Assembly: GCA_963664225.1 (NCBI GenBank)
Contig: OY760937.1
Location: forward strand, 4,608,001-4,672,000
Origin: Verrucomicrobiia bacterium
GTDB taxonomy: Bacteria > Verrucomicrobiota > Verrucomicrobiia > Limisphaerales > UBA1319
Reading direction: 5' to 3'
Length of the DNA stretch: 64,000 bases
The position numbers and the translations under genes are program-made. Positions 9,095-19,115 of this stretch are shown one piece after another. The notes beneath the pieces are model-generated. The model was given only the letters and a program-made list of their open reading frames with translations. It was not told the origin of the DNA and ran no database searches. Every line of letters starts with the position of its first letter. The stretch's first letter is position 1.

Positions 9095-11287
9095 ATGCGA
9101 ACGTCTTTCACGGATGCCATGAAAAGAATCCCCGCGAGCAGGTTCGTTCGAGGGAATCCATTATTTCGTCGGTGGCTTTGGATCTGGCCGGTCCTGGGAT
9201 TATTGGCATCTGCGGCAATTGGGATATGGGTGCGCAATGGCGTGGAATCCGCCATTACCACCAATCTCGCGAGCGAATTGGATGTCCTGCTGCAGGCCAA
9301 CGTCACAGCGATGCGCATGTGGCTGGAAGCGCATGTGGCCGATGCCCAGGCCGTTGCGGCCGATCCGGATATTCTTGCGCCCGCCCAGGGGCTGCTGCAA
9401 CTGGCCCAGAGTGAGGAAACCACTTCCAGGGATTTGCTGGTCAGCCCCTACCTGACTGCGCTGCGCGAAAGCATCCGGCCTTTGATGGAAAGTCACGACT
9501 ACGCGGATTTTACCTTGATCACACCCGGCGGTCGGTTCATCGCTTCCGGCGTCGATCAACTGATTGGTGGCATGGCTGGAACGAACCTGATTCCGACACT
9601 CTCAAAAGTCATGGCCGGCAGAACATTTGTGACAGCGCCGTTCCCCAGTCGGGTGATGGTGCCCGACGAGAATGGAGTGCGTCGCGCCGGGGTGCCGATC
9701 ATTTTGGTGCTGGCCCCATTGCGGGACGCGCAGCAGCGGGTCATCGCGGCGATCGGACTGCGGTTGCCTCCGGAAAAAGGTTTTAGCGAAATTCTGTCGG
9801 TCGCGCGTTTGGGCGCCAGCGGAGAAACGCTCGCTTTCAACAGGCAGGGATTGCTGGCTTCCGCAGTAAGGTTCGAACCGCAACTCAGGGATCTGGGATT
9901 GCTGCCGGAAGGCGCGGAAGAAGAGGCCATCCTCAATTTATCGCTCCGCGATCCGGGGGCGGACCTTCCGGCGGGCGGACATCCAGAGCTCCGCCGTGGC
10001 AAATGGCCGCTGATTCATCTTGTGACCGAGGCCGTTCAACACCGCGCGGGCGTGGATGTCAAAGGTCACCGGGACTATCGGGGTGTCGAGGTGCTGGCGG
10101 CGTGGACCTGGCTGCCGGAACTCGATCTGGGAATCGCGACCAAAGTGGATCGGGCGGAGGCTTATCAACCGCTCCAGATTCTCTACATATCGTTCTATGT
10201 TTCCGCGGGAATGTCCGTGATCGGGGCATTGGTGACACTGGCAGCGGTGCCGTGGGTTCGGCGGTTCCAGCGCCAGGCGCGCCAGGCGGCCATTACGGGT
10301 GGCAAACTCGGTCAATACATTCTTGAAGAACCCATAGGCGAAGGCGGTTTCGCGATGGTCTATCGCGCCCGCCATGTGCTGTTGCGGCGTCCGGTGGCGC
10401 TGAAGATTCTCAAACCGGCCATCACGAGCGATTTGACCATCGCACGGTTCGAGCGCGAGGTTCAAACCACCAGTCTTTTGACCCATCCGAACACCGTGGC
10501 CATCTATGATTACGGTCACACTGAGGAAGGGCTTTTTTATTATGCCATGGAGTATCTGGATGGGATCAGCCTGCGCGATTTGATCGGGCGATTTGGACCG
10601 CTGCCCGAAGGCCGGGTCATTCATATCATGCGGCAAATCTGCGGTTCGCTTGCCGAGGCGCATGGCATGGGACTCGTCCATCGCGATATCTCGCCGGGCA
10701 ACGTTTTGTTGAATCGCCGCGGCGGTCAGTGCGACGTGGTCAAGGTTGTCGATTTCGGCCTGGTCAAGGCCATCGACCAGCGCCTGCAAATGTCGCTGAC
10801 CATGACGGATACCGCGATCGGCACACCGCAATACATGTCTCCGGAAGCAATCCGGTATCCCGATCAAGTCGATGCCCACAGCGATTTATATTCCCTGGGC
10901 GCTCTCGGCTTTTTCATGCTAACCGGACGTCCGCCCTTTGAGGCGGAAACGCTTGCCGCCTTGTTTGACCGGGAGACCAATACCCCTCCGCCAAGCCCTT
11001 CGCAGATGGCAGCAACACACTTTTCAGCCAGTTTTGAGGCCTTGATACTTGCCTGTCTGGCCAAGGAAAAAGCGGGCAGACCGGCCAGCGCTCTGGCTTT
11101 GGACGAGGCATTGGATTCTTGTGCAGCCTCGACACCGTGGACCGTTGGCCAGACCAACGAGTGGTGGCAGGTGAATTTGCCCGCGACCGCATCGCCAGTA
11201 CCATCCGCCATTCAGGAACGGACGCTCGTCGTCTCAATGAAAACGAAGAATATGGCCAGGGACGGTGGTTCGGATGAGGAGAGCTGA
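9095..11287 (+). CDS. Membrane Ser/Thr protein kinase with periplasmic Cache-like sensor
   Basis: Two TM segments, then IGEGGFAMVY, VALKIL, HRDISPGN, DFGLVK, GTPQYMSPE. Confidence 0.9.
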   Translation: MRTSFTDAMKRIPASRFVRGNPLFRRWLWIWPVLGLLASAAIGIWVRNGVESAITTNLASELDVLLQANVTAMRMWLEAHVADAQAVAADPDILAPAQGLLQLAQSEETTSRDLLVSPYLTALRESIRPLMESHDYADFTLITPGGRFIASGVDQLIGGMAGTNLIPTLSKVMAGRTFVTAPFPSRVMVPDENGVRRAGVPIILVLAPLRDAQQRVIAAIGLRLPPEKGFSEILSVARLGASGETLAFNRQGLLASAVRFEPQLRDLGLLPEGAEEEAILNLSLRDPGADLPAGGHPELRRGKWPLIHLVTEAVQHRAGVDVKGHRDYRGVEVLAAWTWLPELDLGIATKVDRAEAYQPLQILYISFYVSAGMSVIGALVTLAAVPWVRRFQRQARQAAITGGKLGQYILEEPIGEGGFAMVYRARHVLLRRPVALKILKPAITSDLTIARFEREVQTTSLLTHPNTVAIYDYGHTEEGLFYYAMEYLDGISLRDLIGRFGPLPEGRVIHIMRQICGSLAEAHGMGLVHRDISPGNVLLNRRGGQCDVVKVVDFGLVKAIDQRLQMSLTMTDTAIGTPQYMSPEAIRYPDQVDAHSDLYSLGALGFFMLTGRPPFEAETLAALFDRETNTPPPSPSQMAATHFSASFEALILACLAKEKAGRPASALALDEALDSCAASTPWTVGQTNEWWQVNLPATASPVPSAIQERTLVVSMKTKNMARDGGSDEES

Positions 11288-11326
11288 GGGCGTTTGGAAA
11301 TAGAATTTCAAAGTTCCAAACGACTC
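11288..11326. repeat. Intergenic hairpin between convergent genes (REP/terminator-like)
   Basis: cgtttggaa...ttccaaacg inverted repeat immediately after the kinase stop. Confidence 0.45.
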
Positions 11327-11536
11327 CTTAAACAAACTGATGGATGATCCCCATTCCTTTTTCATTGAGTGAGCATTCGCACTAAGTTTCGGGCTTTTAG
11401 GCGACGTCGGCTTTCGGTGGGGCGCTGGAATTTGTGCGCGCGGGAGCATATCCAGCCCTGCGGACTGGGCTGAGGGATCGCGGGCCGTTGGCCCGGACCG
11501 CGATGCCGTTGGGCCGGATCGCAATCCGTCTGCAGG

Positions 11537-12970
11537 TTATTCCCCCATTCCCCAATGTGCCGGGTAGGTGACCTTTCGTTCTGCAGGTTTGAATTTGTAG
11601 GCGGTGACGTTTGGAATCACATCCACCTGGGTCGTGAATTTGAATGGGGCCGGGAGACCGACCCGTGGAAACGTCAATTCCACCATGTAGGCCGTCCAGC
11701 CTTGCGTCGGTTTGGAAACTTTTCCAACGTAAACACCGTCTCCCTCGTCTTTCAAATCGGTGCTCGTCCAGACAGGTCCAATTTTTTCCAGCCGGAAATC
11801 GCGGGCGTTGGGATTGGTCGCCTGCCAGAGCTTGACGGCTCCTGGCTTGTCCTGTGTTTTGACGCGCAGCGTGCCGTCCGGTTCGGAAACCCATGTGAAT
11901 TGGGGCAGGGGAACCTTGTTGATCACGGCGTAGAAACAGGTCACAAGGGTCTCGAGCGCGTCGCTGTTCTTGAGAGAATGGTCGGTATTGGGCACGTAGC
12001 GGAGATACTTTGTGCCGGGGAGGTCCTGGAAATAGAACTGGCTTGAATCGGGCAGGAAGAACTGGTCGCCGGTGGCATTGACGATGAATTTGGGCATGGT
12101 CAGCCGGTCGCTATATTCATACGGCTCCTCGATTTTCATCAGGTTGCGATATTCGGTGGTGCCCTGCCATTCCATGATGCCCGCCTTGACGTAATCCTGC
12201 ACGGCCGGGGCGTATTCCCCGTAAGCTTCCCAGTGATGCTTGAAGGAGGGTTCGATGTTCAGGAGATCGATGACGCACGGCACTATGGCTTTGACCCGGT
12301 GATCGACAGCGGCGGTGGTCCAGGTGGTCCAGCCACGCTTGGAACCGCCCGCCACGACAAAGCTGTCTATCGTGATCCCGCCGCCGTTGGTGCCCGCGCA
12401 AAAGGCGGTAACCGTGTCCATGGCCCGCACCGCGCTCTTGGTCATCGGGAGTCGCGCGGGCCAGCGCTCATCCCCGGTGCGCAAATATTTGTCCCAGGTA
12501 TAGGCGATCAGGTCGTCCTCGACTCTGGGATGGCCGTCGCTGTTGAAGGTCAGCGGCTGGTTGGGGACGTTTTTCAATTCGCACACCACAGATTTGGTGG
12601 CCATCGCGGCGCGAATCGTGTTGCCATCGGCCTGGGTGGGCGCGGGTTTGTCATTGTCGCCACCCCCGATGAACAACAGCGCCGTGGAACTGCTCACCTC
12701 GTCAGGTTTGGTCACCGTCATCCAGTGTTTCCAAAGCGTCCGATCCACCTCTTTGGCAGTGAGCCAGGATTGGGAGGTCATCTCAATCACGCACGTGGTG
12801 TAATGGTCCCCACGCACCGTGTTGATCACAGACCACGTAAAATTCGTATCCGGCGCGGCAATGTAGCGGTCCAGGGCGGTCTGGCTGGCTGCAACAATCT
12901 GCCTTTCCGCAGCGGTGAACAGGATGATGAAGGCAATGGTTGCCCGAAATAAAGAAGCGAGATGATTCAT
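11537..12970 (-). CDS. PqaA-like (PhoPQ-activated pathogenicity-related) secreted alpha/beta hydrolase
   Basis: Signal peptide; RLPMTKSAVRAMD, GGSKRGWTTW, GDQFFLPD, VPNTDH. Confidence 0.88.
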   Translation of the reverse strand: MNHLASLFRATIAFIILFTAAERQIVAASQTALDRYIAAPDTNFTWSVINTVRGDHYTTCVIEMTSQSWLTAKEVDRTLWKHWMTVTKPDEVSSSTALLFIGGGDNDKPAPTQADGNTIRAAMATKSVVCELKNVPNQPLTFNSDGHPRVEDDLIAYTWDKYLRTGDERWPARLPMTKSAVRAMDTVTAFCAGTNGGGITIDSFVVAGGSKRGWTTWTTAAVDHRVKAIVPCVIDLLNIEPSFKHHWEAYGEYAPAVQDYVKAGIMEWQGTTEYRNLMKIEEPYEYSDRLTMPKFIVNATGDQFFLPDSSQFYFQDLPGTKYLRYVPNTDHSLKNSDALETLVTCFYAVINKVPLPQFTWVSEPDGTLRVKTQDKPGAVKLWQATNPNARDFRLEKIGPVWTSTDLKDEGDGVYVGKVSKPTQGWTAYMVELTFPRVGLPAPFKFTTQVDVIPNVTAYKFKPAERKVTYPAHWGMGE

Positions 12971-13194
12971 GGCATGGCCGTTTTCTCTGAACGATTCAGC
13001 GTGTTTGATTGCATGGGCATCATGGCGGAAAAGGCCTGCGGCTGCAAGCTCGCCTGTTGGGAATGTCGCCGCGTCCCAGTGATTACTGACATGAAAGGAA
13101 ACACACTAAAAACTTTCCTCTTCCTCAAACACCTCCCAGGTCTGCAAACGAATCCAATCCGCCTTGGAATAAAGTCCGCGCGGACCAAAATAAA

Positions 13195-13806
13195 TTATTT
13201 CAGGCTTTTCCTGTGGGTGTCATAATAGAAGTTGTTGCTTATATCCCGTTTTTGAAAACTTTGCAGTTTATCTCGTGTGAACAATCCAGACGTTGCATCC
13301 TTCAGTGGAACGATGAAAAACTCGGCTGGATTATCTGCCTGTCCTCCAATGCCGATCACAATGAAAACCGGCATTTTTCGCTGTTCCATAAATCTTCTAT
13401 AGTTGTCGAGTTGATCTTGCCTTAGTTCAATTGCGTTTTGGAAATAGTCGGTTCGGTATTTGCATTCGACTGCAAATTCCTCGGTGACACCTTTATTCGA
13501 AAACTCCATCTGAAGGTCAGGAAAAAGCGTGGATTCGGCGTAAATGCCGTTGGTAAATTTGTCACCCCGCCACTCCTTAGTATTGAAATATCGTCGGTCA
13601 AACTTTTGAACCACATATTGTTCAAAGCAAATCCCTTTTTCCTTGTTAGCGTCTTTTGAGATTTCATTGGCAACAAGGACGTTAGAGTGGTCTAGGTGAG
13701 ATGCTGTGGAGACGTTTTTTCCTGTTAAGATCAAAAGGACTCCGCAGATCACTGATATCAATCCCACAATGATTAAAATAATGCCTGTCATTCTAATTGA
13801 CCTCAC
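13195..13806 (-). CDS. AT-rich hypothetical protein: N-terminal TM plus PD-(D/E)XK-like nuclease motifs
   Basis: KGICFEQYV, FPDLQM, FAVECKYR; visibly AT-richer than flanking genes. Confidence 0.6.
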   Translation of the reverse strand: MRSIRMTGIILIIVGLISVICGVLLILTGKNVSTASHLDHSNVLVANEISKDANKEKGICFEQYVVQKFDRRYFNTKEWRGDKFTNGIYAESTLFPDLQMEFSNKGVTEEFAVECKYRTDYFQNAIELRQDQLDNYRRFMEQRKMPVFIVIGIGGQADNPAEFFIVPLKDATSGLFTRDKLQSFQKRDISNNFYYDTHRKSLK

Positions 13807-14063
13807 AAAGCTTACTGTTATTGGAAGACGGAGTTCCTGTCGAGCTTTTCGGATTTCATCGGTCCTAGCCCAAAGGCTGGATCACGAGAGGAGGCTCGAA
13901 AAAGGATATAGTTTGTTTCCACCACGATTGTTGGTTGCCAGCGAACCGACCAGGCATCTGTGCCCTTTTCCTGAGATTGCCTTGTCGTGTTTGTCGACGC
14001 AGGTTCTCGAAAGCATATTCCTGTTGAAGGGATAAACGGTTATGGCGTATCAATGGGTTCCAT

Positions 14064-14795
14064 ATGAAGCGAATACTTTCATTGATTGCGATGCTCAGCC
14101 TGACCGGAGCCATGGTGGCCACCGCGGCTGATTCAACACCCAACACGCTCACCGACGCTGAAAAAGCCCAGGGCTGGAAACTGCTCTTTAATGGCACTAA
14201 TTACAGCGGATGGCATAACTTCAAACAGCAGGGGATCAAAGAGGGCTGGCAGGTGAAGGATGGGGCGCTCGTTTGTGTGGATCCTCACAACGCAGGCGAT
14301 ATCGTCACGCCTGACAAATACGGCGCTTTCGAGCTCCAGATCGATTATAACATCTCCGAGGCCGGCAACAGCGGGATCATGTATCACGTCACGGACGAAG
14401 GGGGTGCAGCCTGGGCCACCGGACCGGAGTTTCAACTGGAAGATAACGTCAAGGCGGCCGACCAGGTGCGCTGCGGTTGGTTGTATGCTCTTTATGAGCC
14501 GCCCATCGATGCCAAAACCGGTAAGCATTTGGATGCCACCAAGCCTGTTGGACAATGGAATCACATCCGCCTGCTCATCACCCCCGAGAAGTGTGTGCAT
14601 GAGATCAATGGCGTGACGTATTTCGAATATGTTCTCGGCAGTGACGATTTCAAGGCCCGCGTGGCCAAGAGCAAGTTCGCGAGCATGCCAAAATTTGCGA
14701 AGGCGGATGCGGGATATATCGCGCTGCAGGGTGACCACGGCCAGGTGTCCTTCCGGAACATCAAGATTCGCGCCATCCCGGCGACCAAGCCATAA
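14064..14795 (+). CDS. DUF1080 (3-keto-disaccharide hydrolase-like) secreted protein
   Basis: Signal peptide; GWKLLFNG, GNSGIMY, GQWNHIRL, GYIALQGDHG..SFRNIKI. Confidence 0.9.
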   Translation: MKRILSLIAMLSLTGAMVATAADSTPNTLTDAEKAQGWKLLFNGTNYSGWHNFKQQGIKEGWQVKDGALVCVDPHNAGDIVTPDKYGAFELQIDYNISEAGNSGIMYHVTDEGGAAWATGPEFQLEDNVKAADQVRCGWLYALYEPPIDAKTGKHLDATKPVGQWNHIRLLITPEKCVHEINGVTYFEYVLGSDDFKARVAKSKFASMPKFAKADAGYIALQGDHGQVSFRNIKIRAIPATKP

Positions 14796-15012
14796 ACATT
14801 CTGTAATCAGGCAACGGGTGCAGATCCAAGAAAAGGTTCTGCACCCTTCACTTCAATCCTTTCGCCGCGCGTGCTTCGCGGCCCACATGCCCAGCCTCGT
14901 CCGACGCGTCGGGGAAGCATCGGTTTCATTTTCCAAGCTGAGGCGGGTTGTTTTTCCGTGAAATACACAAATACAAAAGGTTGCGCTGCCATACAAAACA
15001 TCGGCATTTAAT

Positions 15013-16236
15013 GTGGAGCGTATGACAAATGTGCCTTTGACAGAATTGGATGCCCGGATGAAACGGTTCCGGGCCGAGATGGATGCCCGATGCCCGGAGT
15101 GGGAGATAACGGCGATATTCGGGCGCATCAACCTGTATTATTACACGGGAACGATCCAGGAGGGAATGCTGCTCATTCCACGAAACGGGGAGGCTGTGTT
15201 CTGGGTGCGGCGCAGTTGCGAGCGGGCGCGTGAAGAATCGGCGTTTCCGCAGATCAAGCCGATGGAGGGATTCCGGGATGCGGCGGGATCGATCACCCCG
15301 CTGCCGAAAACGGTTTACCTGGAGACAGAGCTGGTGCCGCTGGCGCTTTATCAGCGGTTTCGCAAACATTTTCCATTTGCCGATGTCCGTGCGGCGGACG
15401 TGGCGCTTGGCGTGGTCCGTTCGGTCAAGAGCCCTTACGAGCTGGCCTTGCTGGAGGAGGTGGGGATGCGACACGGGCTTGTGCTGGAAGAGCGTGTGCC
15501 GCAAATCCTGCGGGAAGGCATGAGCGAGGTGGATCTGGGCGTTGAGCTGTATTCCATCATGATGGCCGAGGGGCATCATGGGATCCTTCGATTTGGGATG
15601 TTCGGGACTGAGGGGTTGGTGGGGCAGCTTGGCTTTGGGGTAAACTCGCTTTGCCCAACCTGCTTTGACGGTCCGGGCGGCAACCGGGGCATCAGTCCGG
15701 CCGTGCCGTTGCTGGGGGACCGATCGCGCAAGCTCAGGAAAGGGGATTTGGTTTTTGTGGACACCGGGTTTGGCATCGATGGCTACCACACAGACAAAAC
15801 GATGACTTACACGTTTGGGGGTCCGCTTTCAGCGGAGGCGGTGGCCATTCACGAACAGTGTGTCGGGATTCAGGACCGGGTGGCGTCGATGCTCAAGCCA
15901 GGGGCGATTCCGTCCGAAATTTATCGGAGCACGATGCAGGATTTAAGTCCTGAGTTTCTAAAGAACTTCATGGGGTTTGGAAAGCGACGGGTGAAATTCA
16001 TCGGGCACGGCGTGGGCCTGTTGATCGACGAACCGCCTGTGATTGCGGAGGGTTTTGACGAGCCGTTGCAGGAAGGCATGGTGCTGGCTCTGGAGCCCAA
16101 GCATGGGATTGAAGGCGTGGGCATGGTGGGAATCGAGAACACGTTTGTGGTGACGCCCGGAGGTGGACGCTCGATCACCGGGAAGAGCCGGGGATTGATT
16201 CCTGTAACAGAGGGCAGGCTTTCAGGAAGCTGTTGA
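15013..16236 (+). CDS. Xaa-Pro aminopeptidase (M24 family)
   Basis: VDTGFGIDGYHTD, GHGVGL, ALEPK, VGIENTFVVT. Confidence 0.9.
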   Translation: MERMTNVPLTELDARMKRFRAEMDARCPEWEITAIFGRINLYYYTGTIQEGMLLIPRNGEAVFWVRRSCERAREESAFPQIKPMEGFRDAAGSITPLPKTVYLETELVPLALYQRFRKHFPFADVRAADVALGVVRSVKSPYELALLEEVGMRHGLVLEERVPQILREGMSEVDLGVELYSIMMAEGHHGILRFGMFGTEGLVGQLGFGVNSLCPTCFDGPGGNRGISPAVPLLGDRSRKLRKGDLVFVDTGFGIDGYHTDKTMTYTFGGPLSAEAVAIHEQCVGIQDRVASMLKPGAIPSEIYRSTMQDLSPEFLKNFMGFGKRRVKFIGHGVGLLIDEPPVIAEGFDEPLQEGMVLALEPKHGIEGVGMVGIENTFVVTPGGGRSITGKSRGLIPVTEGRLSGSC

Positions 16237-17427
16237 TACGGTGGTGGGTTGGTGGACCGGCGCGTCATGAAGCAGGCGCATGGTCAGAAAACCCGCCACG
16301 AGGGAGATGCCCGCGCAGATGAGGTAGGGCAGGGCGGGATGGTGTTCGAAAAGCACGGCGCTAAACATGGGACCAAAAATGCGGGCAAGGCTGCTGACGC
16401 TTTGGGCCACGCCCAGAGTGGCTCCCTGTTCCCATGCCGGGGTCAGGATGGAAATGAGGCCAAAGATGGGGGGGCGATTGATGCTTGTGCCCAAGGCCAG
16501 GATGGCCAGTGCGAGCAGGAAGAGGCCAAGACTGCCCACCAGTGGCAGGAGGCCCATGCTCAAGGCCATTAGAAAGAAACTTCCCATGATCATCCGCCGC
16601 TCACCCAACCGGGCGACGAGTTTCTTGATCATTCCACCCTGGACCAGTGCGGAAATCACTCCGCCATAGGCGAATAAATACCCGACGTGGACCTGGTCAT
16701 AGTTGAATCTGCGATTGGCCAGCAAGGCAAGGGTGGTCTCGTAGCAGGTAAAACAGAAAGTCGCGAGAAAGAACAAACCGATGAGCAATCCAATCTGCGG
16801 ATGACTGAGCGTGTGGAACCATTGGGCCAGACGGGGGCGGTTTGGCGCCGGTATGGAAGACGGTTTCCAGCTTTCCGGCAGGATAAACCACGCGGCAATG
16901 AGGTTGACGGTGCAAAGACCCGCAGCGACCCAGCCCGGGGCTGCAAGGCCCCAGTGCGCGCTCAAGGCGCCAATGGGTGGGCCGAAAATGAAACCCAATC
17001 CGAAAGCGACTCCGATGAGGGCCATCTTGGCGGATCGTTGCTCAGGCGGGGTAATGTCAGCCACATAGGCCTGGGCGACGGTGATGTTCCCGCCGCAAAT
17101 GCCGGCAAAGGTGCGCGAGGCCAGCAACAGCCACATGCCAGTGGGACCGGGTTTGTTTGAGGCCCAGGCAAAAATGACGTAGGAAATGACTTCCCCCAGA
17201 AGGCTTATCAGCAGGATGGGACGGCGTCCCACGCGATCGGAAAGGCGTCCCCAGATGGGCGAGAAGATGAACTGCATCACCGAAAAAGAGGCGATGATGA
17301 GGCCGATCATGAATCCGCTGGCGCCGAATTGCTCGGAGTACAGGGGGAGCAGCGGCATTACGATGCCGAATCCGATCAGGTCGATAAAGACCGTTAAAAA
17401 AATGACCAATAAAGACGGCTTAGCCAT
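16222..17427 (-). CDS. MFS transporter (TetA/DHA1-like)
   Basis: WGRLSDRVGRRP motif A; AQAYVADIT; ~12 TM. Confidence 0.92.
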   Translation of the reverse strand: MAKPSLLVIFLTVFIDLIGFGIVMPLLPLYSEQFGASGFMIGLIIASFSVMQFIFSPIWGRLSDRVGRRPILLISLLGEVISYVIFAWASNKPGPTGMWLLLASRTFAGICGGNITVAQAYVADITPPEQRSAKMALIGVAFGLGFIFGPPIGALSAHWGLAAPGWVAAGLCTVNLIAAWFILPESWKPSSIPAPNRPRLAQWFHTLSHPQIGLLIGLFFLATFCFTCYETTLALLANRRFNYDQVHVGYLFAYGGVISALVQGGMIKKLVARLGERRMIMGSFFLMALSMGLLPLVGSLGLFLLALAILALGTSINRPPIFGLISILTPAWEQGATLGVAQSVSSLARIFGPMFSAVLFEHHPALPYLICAGISLVAGFLTMRLLHDAPVHQPTTVSTAS

Positions 17428-17582
17428 GAATTATTTTCCAAATGCTTCCCCAAATGCGCCCGACGGAATGTCCGAAGCGGCGTTCCCTTAATGGAAACTA
17501 CACTGCTCGAATACGGTTAATTGTCAAATCTGGTTATACTGCCTGGCAGCCTCTGACACCTGCGCCGGAAGCGGGTTAAACA

Positions 17583-19001
17583 TTATTTGGCGGCGGTATT
17601 GACCGCGTAACTCTGACCGATGGCCCGTTCCAACCGGGATCGAGCCGCAGAGTAATCCCGCATGGCCTGGATTTGGGTGGTGCGCGCTTCGGTGAGCGAG
17701 GTTTGCGCGCTCAGGACATCCAGTTGGGTGCCCGTTCCCGCTTCGCTTCGGGCCGTGGCCAGACGCAGGGCTTCCTCGGCCTGTTCCTGGACTTTCTTCT
17801 GGGATTCGAGCACTTCCCTGGCCTCGATGAAATTGGAATAAGTGGTGCGGACCTCGAGTTCGACGCGGCGGGTGGTGTCGTCAAAGTCCACCTGCGATCT
17901 TTGATAACGCGCCCTGGCCTCGTCCACTTTGCCCTTGGTCAGGAATCCGTCGAAGATATCCCAGGAAGCCTGGGCCCCGGCAAACCAGCCGGATACGTCG
18001 CGGCCCAGATCACTGGTGAAGCTGGAGCTGCGGGAGCCGTAACCGCCGATCAATTGGACGCTGGGTTTGTAGCCGGCCTGGGCGGAAACGAGGTTTTCCT
18101 GGCGCAAACGGATGGCCTTGCTCAAGGCACCCAATTCAGGGCGGCGTTCGACGGCCTGGGCGAGGGCCGAGGGCAGGTCGATATCGTAAGGGGTGGCCAT
18201 ATCCTCGAGGGTGGCGGTCAACTGCAGGGGGATGTCCTCCCAAATATCCTTGGGCACATTGTAACCGAGCAGGTTGGCCATGTTACTCTTGGCCACGCGA
18301 TAGGAATTTCTGGCCTTGATGAGCCGGGGGCGCGCATTGGCCACTTCCACCTCGGCGCGCAGGACGTTGAAGCGGGGAACGGTTCCGGCTTCAAAACGGC
18401 GCTTGGTGTCCTCCAGTTCCCGTGTCAGGAGTTTGACCGAGGCTTCCTGAACGGTGATCAATTGGGCGGCCAGCAGGATGTCCGCATAGGCCAGGCGCAC
18501 TTCCAGCAGATTGTCCGCAATCGCGGCCTGATGGCTCAGCAAGGCTTGTTCCCGGGTGAGTCTGGCGGCACGCATCGCAGAATTGACGCGCCCCCCCTCA
18601 TAAATGGATTGGGACAGCGTGACGTTGGCGTTCCAGCTTTGATCGGGATAATCGATGTTCAAACCGGGCACTCCAGAGAATGGGAATTTATCGATCGACT
18701 CCCTGTCGATGATTTTATACTGGCTTGAGGCGCGGACCTTGGGGATGGCGATGGCGCGGGTTTGGACCACGATGCCGTAGGCGGCCTCGAGGTCTTTTTG
18801 GGATTTCAGGATGGCGCTGTTTTGCGTGAGGGCCAGGTTAATGCACTCCTCGATGGACAGTGGTTTGGCCAGCCATGATGGCGCGTTGGTGGCCACCGCC
18901 GGAGCCGGGTTTTCTGCGGCGCGCAAGGCAGGGGACGAGAACGCCATGCAGGCGCATAATCCAAGGGCCATCGACCGGGCGACTTTCTGCGGAGCGATCA
19001 T
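17583..19001 (-). CDS. TolC family outer membrane protein
   Basis: Signal peptide; RRFEAGTVPRFNVLRAEVE, GTGTQLDVLSAQ. Confidence 0.9.
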   Translation of the reverse strand: MIAPQKVARSMALGLCACMAFSSPALRAAENPAPAVATNAPSWLAKPLSIEECINLALTQNSAILKSQKDLEAAYGIVVQTRAIAIPKVRASSQYKIIDRESIDKFPFSGVPGLNIDYPDQSWNANVTLSQSIYEGGRVNSAMRAARLTREQALLSHQAAIADNLLEVRLAYADILLAAQLITVQEASVKLLTRELEDTKRRFEAGTVPRFNVLRAEVEVANARPRLIKARNSYRVAKSNMANLLGYNVPKDIWEDIPLQLTATLEDMATPYDIDLPSALAQAVERRPELGALSKAIRLRQENLVSAQAGYKPSVQLIGGYGSRSSSFTSDLGRDVSGWFAGAQASWDIFDGFLTKGKVDEARARYQRSQVDFDDTTRRVELEVRTTYSNFIEAREVLESQKKVQEQAEEALRLATARSEAGTGTQLDVLSAQTSLTEARTTQIQAMRDYSAARSRLERAIGQSYAVNTAAK

Positions 19002-19115
19002 AAACTCATACTATAAAACATTAAAATACCTTGTCAAACTGGATTATCGCAATACGGGCACGCATGGGCGCTCTCAAATCGAGGCACCGGGTGTTGCGCG
19101 TCCCACCGCATCGGA

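Noticed and set aside
8932..9423. N-terminal extension of TrpS in the ORF track
   Set aside because: Overlaps the divergent kinase gene; the conserved TrpS start is at 8931
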